From: an uncultured Acidobacteriota bacterium
Lineage (GTDB): Bacteria > Acidobacteriota > Vicinamibacteria > Vicinamibacterales > Fen-181
Length of the DNA: 64,000 bases
NCBI GenBank assembly: GCA_963741715.1
Contig: CAVUJA010000002.1
Span: forward strand, 369,764 to 433,763
Direction of reading: 5' to 3'
The notes beneath the pieces are model-generated. The model was not told the origin of the DNA. It made no database searches and was given only the letters and a program-made list of their open reading frames with translations. How positions within the stretch are numbered: position 1 is the stretch's first letter; each line of letters opens with the position of its first letter. A program made the translations under genes and the position numbers. Positions 9,783 to 17,721 of the stretch are shown here, piece after piece.

Positions 9783-9934
9783 GGATTCAGGAGTCGGGAT
9801 TCAGGATTCAGTAGGATGCCTGTCAGGCATGCTCTTGAATCCCGCCCGGCCGACTTCTGTCAAGTTCCTGAATCCTACTTATGATCCTGAATCCTACTGA
9901 CTCCCGAGTCCTGATTCCTGAATCCTACTTATGA
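9783..9934. repeat. heptamer-based (GANTCCY) inverted repeat plus a 20-nt direct repeat in the ackA-pta spacer
   Basis: Arms 9783-9817 and 9891-9925 are complementary at 30 of 35 positions. Eleven GANTC sites occur, eight of them phased at 7 nt. TTCCTGAATCCTACTTATGA occurs twice, at 9865-9884 and 9915-9934. Confidence 0.85.
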
Positions 9935-10915
9935 GCAACAACGCATTCATCCAGGAAATCCGCGGCAAGGCCGCGACGCGCGGCTTCAAGGTGGCCCTGC
10001 CCGACGCGGAAGACGTCCGCGTGCTGAAGGCGGCCGTCGTCTTGCGCGACCTGAAGATCGCGCAACCGGTGCTGGTCGGGTCGGCCGCAGCGATCGGCAA
10101 GCTGGCCGCCGACAACGCCCTCGCCCTCACCGGCATCGGCGTCGCCGATCCGGGCGCGAGCGCGTGGCACGAGGAGTTCACCGGCTTGCTCTTCGAGAAG
10201 CGCAAGGCGAAGGGGATGACCCGCGAGCAGGCCGCCGAGCTCGTGAAGCAGCCGCTGTATTTCGCGGGCCTCATGCTCGAGACCGACCGCGTGAAGTTGG
10301 TCGTCGGCGGCAACGTGTCGTCCACCGGCGACGTGATCCGGGCCGCCATCTACACGGTCGGCGTCGCGCCCGGCATCTCGATCGTCAGCAGCTACTTCAT
10401 CATGGTGCTGACCGACGGCCGGCTGCTCTGCTTCGCCGACTGCGCCGTGAACCCCGACCCGAACGAGGCGCAGCTTGCGGACATCGCGATCAGCTCCGCG
10501 CGGAACTTCCAGGCGGTGACGGGTCTCGAACCGCGCGTGGCCATGCTGTCGTTCTCGACGAAGGGCAGCGCCACCCACCCGCTGGTCGAGAAGGTGCAGA
10601 AGGCCGCGGCCCTCGTCCGCGAGAAGGCGCCCGACCTGATGGTCGACGGCGAGATGCAGGCCGACGCCGCGCTGGTCGCGTCGATTGGCGAGCGCAAGTG
10701 CAAGGGATCGCCGGTGGCCGGCAAGGCGAACGTGCTGGTCTTCCCCGACCTGAACGCCGGCAACATCGGCTACAAGCTCACGGAGCGGATCGGCGGTGCG
10801 GAGGCGGTCGGCCCGATTGTCCAGGGGCTGAAGAAGCCGGTACTGCGACCTGTCCCGCGGCTGCAGCGTGGACGACATCGTGAACGTCGCGACCATCTGC
10901 AGCCTCATGGCATAA
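9931..10915 (+). pseudogene. pta: phosphate acetyltransferase, interrupted by a +1 (single-nt insertion) frameshift near 10840-10846
   Basis: The N-terminal 303 codons are clear Pta ([13 protein letters not shown]...[34 protein letters not shown]). The conserved C-terminus [22 protein letters not shown] continues in the next frame and stops at 10913-10915. The length 985 nt equals 3n+1. Confidence 0.85.
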
Positions 10916-10939
10916 CCGGGGACCGGGGGACCAGGAGTT

Positions 10940-10981
10940 GGGATTCGGGAGCCGGTTCGGACAGCCGGCATCCCGAGTCCC
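10940..10981 (+). terminator. strong stem-loop 25 nt after the pta stop (terminator-like, no U tract)
   Basis: GGGATTCGGGAGCCGG (10940-10955) pairs with CCGGCATCCCGAGTCCC (10965-10981). That gives 16 bp with one bulge and one G-U pair, and a 9-nt loop. Confidence 0.4.
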
Positions 10982-11038
10982 GAGTCCTGGACCCCGGGTC
11001 CCGTTCCGACAGGCTCACGGCCAGGAGGACTTGCGGCG

Positions 11039-11695
11039 ATGCGCGGCGGACGAGGGCGGAACGGCTGGTGGCTGGTGCTGGCGGCAGCGATCGCGGTCTC
11101 TGCCTGCGGCGGCTCGTCATCTTCGACGTCGGCGCCCGCGACGCCCACGGCGCCCACGCCGACGACCCCGCTGCCGCCGATGGCCACGATGCTCTCCGAG
11201 AAGGCCGTGGGCAGCGCGGCCGCGCCGGTGACCATGATCGCCTACTCGTCGCTGTCGTGCTCGCACTGCGCCGACTTCGACGTCACCACCTACCCGCTCC
11301 TGAAGGCGACCTACGTCGACGCCGGCCGGATGAAGTTCGTCTTCCGCGACTTCCCGCTCAACGATGCGGCCCTCGCCGGGTCCATGGTGGCTCGCTGCTC
11401 GGGCGACCGCTTCTTCGCGATCCTCGACGCCCTGTTCGCCAGCCAGTCCTCGTGGGCCTTCTCGACGGACTACAAGACCGGCCTGAAGCGGGTCGTCGCC
11501 CCGCTCGGGATGACGTCCAACGACGTCGATGCGTGCCTCGCCTCGACCGAACTGCGCGACGGCGTCCTCGGCATCCGGTCGGCGGGCATCCAGACCTACG
11601 GCATCGACGCGACGCCGACCTTCGTCATCAACGGCCAGAAGGTGCTGGGCGCCCTGTCGTTCGCCGCGTTCGCCGCGATCATCGATTCGCTCTGA
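11039..11695 (+). CDS. DsbA-family thiol:disulfide oxidoreductase lipoprotein
   Basis: It has a lipobox (AVSAC), a CSHC active-site motif and a DsbA-like C-terminus ([12 protein letters not shown]). Confidence 0.8.
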   Translation: MRGGRGRNGWWLVLAAAIAVSACGGSSSSTSAPATPTAPTPTTPLPPMATMLSEKAVGSAAAPVTMIAYSSLSCSHCADFDVTTYPLLKATYVDAGRMKFVFRDFPLNDAALAGSMVARCSGDRFFAILDALFASQSSWAFSTDYKTGLKRVVAPLGMTSNDVDACLASTELRDGVLGIRSAGIQTYGIDATPTFVINGQKVLGALSFAAFAAIIDSL

Positions 11696-11804
11696 CCTCG
11701 GCCGGCGGGCGCGGCCGACTGGCGGCGCGTCCCATCCCTGCTCGTCGCCGTCGCCCAACGCGGGTCCAGGCCGTGTTGTGCGATGATGGGTTTGGAGGAC
11801 TCCG

Positions 11805-12641
11805 ATGGGACATCTGCGTTGGAACAGCGCGGCCGGCGCCTGCGCAGCCGCGGCAATCGGCGCCGTCCTCGGCGCGGCCGGGTGCGCGGGCCAGATCACC
11901 GCCCGGCCCGACCTCTACACGGCCGAGAAGGTGCCGAGCGAGGCAAGGGGGCGCGGGGTCGAGATGGTGTTGGTGAAGCCGGTGTCTCCGAAGCCCTCGC
12001 CGGTCCTCGTCATGTTCGCGAGCGGCGACGGCGGACTGATGGGCGCGAGCAAGACCGTGCTCCAGCACCTCGCCGACCAGGGGCACTACGTGGCGGGGAT
12101 CAGTTCCCGCCAGGCGCTGGGGATCATGCGCTCGTCGGGCGACCTCATTCAGCCTGCGGAAGGCGTGGCGGTGCTCGGCGCGTTGAAGGCGCAGGCCAAG
12201 GAGAAGCTCGGGCTGCCGGCCAGCACGCCCGTCGTGGTGACGGGCATGTCGCGCGGTGCGAACATGGTGATCTTCGCGGCCGGCAACCCGACGCTGAAGA
12301 CCGACATCGTCGGCGCGGTCGCCATCGCGCTCACCCGCGAACTCGACTACCTCGAAGTCCCCGACGCCGCCGTCGGTCTGCCGGGCGTGAAGGTGGACGA
12401 CAAGGGTCGGGCGCAGGCCTATCACGGCATCGAGCGTCTCGGGGCGGTCCCCCTGGCGGTGATCCAGTCCACCAACGACAAGTACGTGCCGTCCGCGGAG
12501 TCACGGACCCTTCTCGGCCCGGACACGCCGACCCGCCGCCTCTACGAGGTGCCGTCGAGCGGCCACAGCTTCGGCGGCGGCGAGGAGGTGATGTTGAAGG
12601 ACGTCGACGACGCACTGAACTGGATCCTGGCTCGAAAGTGA
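11805..12641 (+). CDS. alpha/beta hydrolase lipoprotein, VirJ/AcvB-like
   Basis: It has a lipobox (LGAAGC). FASGDGGL and the nucleophile-elbow-like GMSRGAN resemble VirJ-family motifs. The assignment rests on motifs only. Confidence 0.6.
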   Translation: MGHLRWNSAAGACAAAAIGAVLGAAGCAGQITARPDLYTAEKVPSEARGRGVEMVLVKPVSPKPSPVLVMFASGDGGLMGASKTVLQHLADQGHYVAGISSRQALGIMRSSGDLIQPAEGVAVLGALKAQAKEKLGLPASTPVVVTGMSRGANMVIFAAGNPTLKTDIVGAVAIALTRELDYLEVPDAAVGLPGVKVDDKGRAQAYHGIERLGAVPLAVIQSTNDKYVPSAESRTLLGPDTPTRRLYEVPSSGHSFGGGEEVMLKDVDDALNWILARK

Positions 12642-12704
12642 AGCAGGACGAACGCGGTTTCCACGCGTGACGGGTGTCGGCCTGGCGTCGAACCGGGAGG
12701 AGCG

Positions 12705-13328
12705 ATGAGCGGTCATCCGGTGGTGATCGGCGTGGCGGGCGGCTCGGGGTCGGGCAAGACGACGGTCGTGCGCCGGATCGTCGAGAGCATGGGCGACGAC
12801 CAGGTCGTGCTGCTCGAGCACGACCGCTACTACCACGATCACCCCGAACTCAGGCTCGAGGAGCGGGCGGCGCTCAACTACGACCACCCCGACTCGCTCG
12901 AGACCGAGCTCATGGTCCGCCACGTCAACGAGCTGCGCTCGGGCCGCGGCGTCGAACTGCCCGCCTACGACTTCGCGCGGCACGCCCGCCGGCACACCAC
13001 GGATCCTGCCGTGCCCCGGCGGATCATCATCGTCGAAGGCATCCTGATCTTCGCCGACGCGCCGCTGCGGGAACTGATGGACGTCAAGGTGTTCGTGGAC
13101 ACCGACGACGATACGCGGTTCATCCGGAGGCTGAAGCGCGACGTGGCGGAACGCGGGAGGACGATGGACTCGGTGATCGACCAGTACCTGAACACGGTGA
13201 AGCCGATGCACCTGGAGTTCGTGGAGCCCACCAAGCGCTACGCCGACATCATCATCCCGCGCGGCGGCCACAACGTCGTCGCTATCGACATGCTGCTGAC
13301 GCTCATCAGGAGCCTCAGCAGCCGCTGA
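12705..13328 (+). CDS. udk: uridine kinase
   Basis: A P-loop (GVAGGSGSGKTT) is present, with LLEHDRYYHD and Udk-like overall length. Confidence 0.93.
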   Translation: MSGHPVVIGVAGGSGSGKTTVVRRIVESMGDDQVVLLEHDRYYHDHPELRLEERAALNYDHPDSLETELMVRHVNELRSGRGVELPAYDFARHARRHTTDPAVPRRIIIVEGILIFADAPLRELMDVKVFVDTDDDTRFIRRLKRDVAERGRTMDSVIDQYLNTVKPMHLEFVEPTKRYADIIIPRGGHNVVAIDMLLTLIRSLSSR

Positions 13329-13406
13329 GCCTGCGGACGTGGCACGGGCGGCTCGGGGTCCAGGCCTGGCCGCGCCGCCGCCCGCCGGTTCCGTGCAGGA
13401 GGATCG

Positions 13407-13838
13407 ATGCCCGTCTTCCGTCGCCCGATGACGATTCGCTTCGAGGACGCCGACGCCCGTGGCGTGCTGTTCTACGGCCGCCTCCAGGCGCTGGCGCACC
13501 ACGCCTGGGAGGACTTCGTCGTGTCCGAGCTCGTCGAGCGCTGGGAGGACTGGTTCGAGAGCCGCGAGTTCGTGGCGCCGATCAAGCACGCCGAGGCGAC
13601 GTTCCATCGGCCGCTGAAACCCGGGCACGAATACGTGGTGGAGTTGACGATTGGCAAGGTCGGCGAGTCGTCGCTGGAGGTGGTGACGAAGTTCCTCGAC
13701 GAGTCGGGTCCCGAGCCCGTCCTGTGCGCCGAGGCGCGCGTCGTGAAGGTGCTCGCCGACCCCGACACCTGGAAGAAGGTCCCCATCCCGCCGGCGATGC
13801 GCGAACGCCTGATGAGGCATCTCGCCGACCGGCCCTGA
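13407..13838 (+). CDS. 4HBT/YbgC-type acyl-CoA thioesterase (possible DHNA-CoA thioesterase by context)
   Basis: It is a 143-aa hot-dog-fold-like sequence (IRFEDADARGVLFYGR). It is convergent with menE at the end of the men operon. Confidence 0.7.
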   Translation: MPVFRRPMTIRFEDADARGVLFYGRLQALAHHAWEDFVVSELVERWEDWFESREFVAPIKHAEATFHRPLKPGHEYVVELTIGKVGESSLEVVTKFLDESGPEPVLCAEARVVKVLADPDTWKKVPIPPAMRERLMRHLADRP

Positions 13839-13876
13839 TCATGGCGCCCGATGCGGGTGACGCGCGACGGGGGCGG

Positions 13877-15082
13877 TCAGCGCCCGGACTGCAGCGCCCG
13901 CGCGAGCAGCGCGCGCTGGGGCTTGCCGAGCGGCGTACGCGGGATGCGCTCCACCCAGGCGACGCGCTGGATGCGTTCGTAGGGCAGCAGCACAGCGCGG
14001 CAGAATGACGCGAGCGACGCCTCGATGTCCGCGTGACGCTGCGCGGACCGCGGGGGCCCGGCGATCGCGAGCACGAGTTCGTGGCCCAGGCGCGCGTGCG
14101 GCAGCGCGACAAGGGCGAGATCGAAACCCGGCGACGCCCCCAGGCCTTCCCGCGCCGCCCACGCCCTCGCCCGCTCCTCCACCGCGGTCAACGACACCAT
14201 CTCGCCAAGCACCTTCACCGATTCGGCGATGCGGCCCAGCACCTCGACAAGGCCGCCAGAGGTTCGCCCGCGGTCCTCGGTCTCGAGCCACCCGCCGCGC
14301 TTCGGGTCCCAGGCGCGCGTCTCGCCGTCGGCCGACTCCACCGCGCAGGTGAGCAGAGAGGTCGCGCGGACCGACAGGCGCTGGTCGCCGTCCGCCCGGA
14401 TCTCGGCGTGGCTGAGCACCGGCAGCGCCGACGGGTAGGCGGCCGCCGCCAACGACGCGAGAGACGCGGTCGCCACCTGCGAACACGTCTCGGTCAGCCC
14501 GTAGCTCGGCAGGCAGGGCCAGCCCAGGTCGCGTGCCGCGCCGTAGAGCGACGGTTCGAGCCGCGCGCCGCCAACCACGATGGCGCGCAGCGAAGGCGGC
14601 GAGGCGAGGTGTGCCTCCACGAGGTCGTGAATCTGCGAGGGAACCAGCGCCGTCAGGGTCGCGCCCGACTCGTCCACCACCCGGTGGAAGGCGGCCGCCT
14701 CCCAGCGGTCCGCAATCGCCGCCACCACCTTCGCCCCGGACAGGTGCGCCCGGGCGAGAATCCCGAGGCCGCCGACGTGGAAGATCGGCAGCGCGTGCGC
14801 CCACACGTCGGAGGCGGTTGCCGACAGGTGCGCGTTGACCGCGGCTGCTGAAGCGAGGAACGCCTGCTTGGACAAGCCGATCCACCGCATCCGCCCCGGC
14901 GCGGCGCTCGTGCCGGACGTCGCCACCCAGACGTGCGCGTCCAGTCGCGGCAGCCGGCGCTCGAACGCGCGGAGGTCGACGCCGCCGCGGCCGAGCCATT
15001 CAGGATTGGCGAGCACCGTCGTGCCGGCCCCCTCCCAGTCCACCGGCGCCACGCCGGCCTGGTAGTAGAAGGCGGCGGTCAT
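13877..15082 (-). CDS. menE: o-succinylbenzoate-CoA ligase-like AMP-dependent synthetase (short N-terminus)
   Basis: The ATG at 15082 forms an ATGA overlap with the menA stop. Motifs present are ATSGTSAAPG, SYGLTETCS and a C-terminal IPRTPLGKPQR. It sits within the men operon. Confidence 0.8.
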   Translation of the reverse strand: MTAAFYYQAGVAPVDWEGAGTTVLANPEWLGRGGVDLRAFERRLPRLDAHVWVATSGTSAAPGRMRWIGLSKQAFLASAAAVNAHLSATASDVWAHALPIFHVGGLGILARAHLSGAKVVAAIADRWEAAAFHRVVDESGATLTALVPSQIHDLVEAHLASPPSLRAIVVGGARLEPSLYGAARDLGWPCLPSYGLTETCSQVATASLASLAAAAYPSALPVLSHAEIRADGDQRLSVRATSLLTCAVESADGETRAWDPKRGGWLETEDRGRTSGGLVEVLGRIAESVKVLGEMVSLTAVEERARAWAAREGLGASPGFDLALVALPHARLGHELVLAIAGPPRSAQRHADIEASLASFCRAVLLPYERIQRVAWVERIPRTPLGKPQRALLARALQSGR

Positions 15083-16002
15083 CCGAGGACCAGTCCGGCA
15101 GCGGCGAGCGCGCAGAACGCCAGCTGCAGCAGCGATGTCCGCGCCAGGAAGATGTTGAAGCGGCGGCTCGGCGGCTCGTGCCAGACCCCGCGCACGAGGA
15201 CGACGGCCAGCGGAAGCGTGAGCAGCGGCAACGCGGCGGCCCAGGGGCGGTGGGCGAGCGCCCAGGCGACGCCGATCGCGTACGGGAGGGCCACGAGCAC
15301 CGCGATCTCGATGCGCGCGAACCGCGCTCCGAAACGGGCCGCCAGCGTGCGTTTGCCCGCCTTGCGGTCGCCGGCGATGTCGCGGCAGTTGTTCACGGCG
15401 AGCAGCGCCGAGCTTTGAAGACCGACTTGCAGCGCGCCAATCTCCGCCCAGGGCCAGAGGCCGGTGCCGGCCAGCACGTAGGCCATGCCCTTCACCGCCG
15501 CGAGCCCGAAGAACAACAGGACGAACGCCTCGCCAAGGCCCAGGTAGGCCAGCGGGAACGGGCCCGCCGTGTAGGCGTAGCCGGCAACGAGGGAGAGCAC
15601 GCCGATGACCAGGATTGGCCGGCCGCCCGCCACGATCAGCGGGATGCCGAGCAGCGCCGCGACGAGGAAGAATGCCGCCGCTCCCATCAGGACGTGGCGG
15701 CCGTGCAGCAGGCCGCTCTGGGTCACGCGCCTGGGCCCGAGGCGTTCGGCGGTGTCGGCGCCCTTCTCGAAATCGGCAGCGTCGTTCACCAGGTTCGTCC
15801 CGATCTGGATGCACAGTGCGGACGCGAGCGCGACGACCGTGAGCCGCAGCGGGATGGACCGCGCCGCGAAGCTCGCGGCGATCCCGGTGCCCAGGAGGAT
15901 CGGCGCGAGGCTGGCGGTGAGCGTCTTCGGCCGCGCGGCCAGCAGCCACGGCGAAACCGAAATCGGGGTCGGAGCGGTCTTCCTGCTCGACGAAGTAGGC
16001 AT
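15079..16002 (-). CDS. menA: 1,4-dihydroxy-2-naphthoate polyprenyltransferase
   Basis: It is a UbiA-family polytopic protein with NLVNDAADFEKGAD and NNCRDIAGDRKAGKRTLA motifs. The start is the ATG at 16002. Confidence 0.9.
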   Translation of the reverse strand: MPTSSSRKTAPTPISVSPWLLAARPKTLTASLAPILLGTGIAASFAARSIPLRLTVVALASALCIQIGTNLVNDAADFEKGADTAERLGPRRVTQSGLLHGRHVLMGAAAFFLVAALLGIPLIVAGGRPILVIGVLSLVAGYAYTAGPFPLAYLGLGEAFVLLFFGLAAVKGMAYVLAGTGLWPWAEIGALQVGLQSSALLAVNNCRDIAGDRKAGKRTLAARFGARFARIEIAVLVALPYAIGVAWALAHRPWAAALPLLTLPLAVVLVRGVWHEPPSRRFNIFLARTSLLQLAFCALAAAGLVLG

Positions 16003-16097
16003 ACAGATCTGCAAGCGAGAGAAACCCTCCGACCCCGATGACGATCTTGTCACACGGATCTGCCAAAAAAAGAAACCGCTCCGACCCGAATCGCGTC

Positions 16098-16928
16098 TCA
16101 CGGCAGGCGCGGGAACTTCTTGAAGTTCGGCTTGCGCTTCTCGAGGTAGGCCTTCTTCCCTTCCTGCGCCTCCTCGCTCATGTAGTACAGCAGCGTGGCA
16201 TTGCCGGCCAGGTCGAGCAGGCCGATCTGGCCGTCGCAGTCGGCGTTCATCGCGGCCTTCAGGCAGCGCAACGCCAGCGGCGAGTGCGCCAGCATCTCGC
16301 GCGCCCACTCCAGCGTCGTCTTCTCGAGGTCCGCCAGCGGGACGACCAGGTTGACGAGCCCCATGTCGAGCGCTTGCTGCGCGCTGTACTGCCGGCACAG
16401 GTACCAGATCTCGCGGGCCTTCTTCTGGCCGACGATGCGCGCCAGGTAGCTCGAGCCGAGGCCGCCGTCGAACGACCCGACCCTGGGGCCGGTCTGGCCG
16501 AAGATCGCGTTGTCGGCGGCGATCGTCAGGTCGCACACGACGTGCAGCACGTGGCCGCCGCCAATCGCGTAACCGGCCACCATCGCGATCACCGGCTTGG
16601 GCAGCTGGCGGATCTGCTTCTGCAGGTCCAGCACGTTGAGGCGCGGCACGCCGCCTTCGTCGACGTAGCCCTGGTCGCCGCGAATCTTCTGATCCCCGCC
16701 CGAACAGAACGCCTTGTCGCCGGCCCCGGTGAGCACGACCACGCCAATCGACGCGTCCTCGCGGCACACCCCGAAGGCGTCGATCAATTCGGCGACGGTC
16801 TTCGGGCGAAACGCGTTGCGCCGCGCCGGGCGGTTGATCACCACCTTCGCCACGCCGTCGTCGGTCTTGACGAACAGGATGTCCTCGTAGCTCTTGACGG
16901 TCTGCCAGGTCTCGGAAGATTCACTCAT
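16098..16928 (-). CDS. menB: 1,4-dihydroxy-2-naphthoyl-CoA synthase
   Basis: It is a crotonase-fold MenB ([40 protein letters not shown]). The ATG at 16928 is preceded by GGGAGA. An alternative ATG lies at 16946. Confidence 0.93.
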   Translation of the reverse strand: MSESSETWQTVKSYEDILFVKTDDGVAKVVINRPARRNAFRPKTVAELIDAFGVCREDASIGVVVLTGAGDKAFCSGGDQKIRGDQGYVDEGGVPRLNVLDLQKQIRQLPKPVIAMVAGYAIGGGHVLHVVCDLTIAADNAIFGQTGPRVGSFDGGLGSSYLARIVGQKKAREIWYLCRQYSAQQALDMGLVNLVVPLADLEKTTLEWAREMLAHSPLALRCLKAAMNADCDGQIGLLDLAGNATLLYYMSEEAQEGKKAYLEKRKPNFKKFPRLP

Positions 16929-17721
16929 CGATCGTTCTCCCATCATCCCGACCGGCGGGCGTGAAACCGGCTGCGACGTCCGTCGTCCAGCGCCGAAGCA
17001 CTGCCGCGAATGCCGGCGGGTCGTCCCACGGCACGCGGTGTCCGGCGTGCCCGCATCGCGCGAACCCGATCGGCGCGCCCGCGTCGCGCAACTCGCCGGC
17101 GATCGCGGTGAATCTCGAATCCCGGTCGCCGGTCACCCACAGTGCCGGCGTCGGCCAGGCCCGAAGCCTCGGGCGCAGGTCGGGCTGGCCGGCCAGCGAG
17201 CACGCGGCCAGCGCGCGCGACAACGCCTGGCGCGGCGCGGGCAGCGGGCGATGGGAGTCGCGACGCACCGAGCCGGCGAACACCGGCTGCGCATCCCACG
17301 CCCGCCACAGCGCGTCCTCCGGCTCCTCGAGGAGGCGGCGCGCCCACGCGTCATCGGAGGCCCGCCGCGCGTCCCGGGCGGCGGTGTCGGCGTCGGGCAA
17401 CCCCGGGTGGCACGACACGAAACAGCAGCCCTGCACCGGCGAGCCGGGCGACGCGAGCAGCCGGCTTCCCAGGGCCAGCCTCGCCCCGAACGAGTACCCG
17501 ACCACCACGAGCGGGCCAGACCCCGTCTTCGGAACTGCAGCTTCTGCCAACGCCCGGTCGAGCGCGGCAGTCGCAGACTCCCAGTCGTCCACGCCCGCGT
17601 CCCCCAATATCTGCCAGAGGTCGAGCGCCTGCAGCGAGGCGTCCGGCATCAGGCCGGCCAGACGATCCCAGTCGGACGCGCGCCCCAGAAAGCCGTGCAG
17701 CGCGACCAGTCGAACCGTCAC
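16921..17721 (-). CDS. menH: 2-succinyl-6-hydroxy-2,4-cyclohexadiene-1-carboxylate synthase (alpha/beta hydrolase)
   Basis: The GTG at 17721 forms a GTGA overlap with the menD stop. HGFLG and GYSFGARL nucleophile-elbow motifs are present. Operon context supports the call. Confidence 0.8.
   Translation of the reverse strand: MTVRLVALHGFLGRASDWDRLAGLMPDASLQALDLWQILGDAGVDDWESATAALDRALAEAAVPKTGSGPLVVVGYSFGARLALGSRLLASPGSPVQGCCFVSCHPGLPDADTAARDARRASDDAWARRLLEEPEDALWRAWDAQPVFAGSVRRDSHRPLPAPRQALSRALAACSLAGQPDLRPRLRAWPTPALWVTGDRDSRFTAIAGELRDAGAPIGFARCGHAGHRVPWDDPPAFAAVLRRWTTDVAAGFTPAGRDDGRTIDE

Noticed and set aside
9931-11976. 681-aa ORF that appears to fuse pta to downstream sequence.
   Set aside because: It is a read-through artefact of the +1 frameshift near 10840. 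The downstream part overlaps the genuine DsbA-like gene in another frame and is R/G/P-rich.
11805-12641. Possible functional link between the VirJ/AcvB-like hydrolase and the lysyl-PG-synthase-TM-like protein at 1233-2123. AcvB is reported to hydrolyse lysyl-phosphatidylglycerol.
   Set aside because: The genes are 10 kb apart in different operons. The 1233-2123 protein lacks the MprF synthase domain. Both assignments rest on short motifs only.
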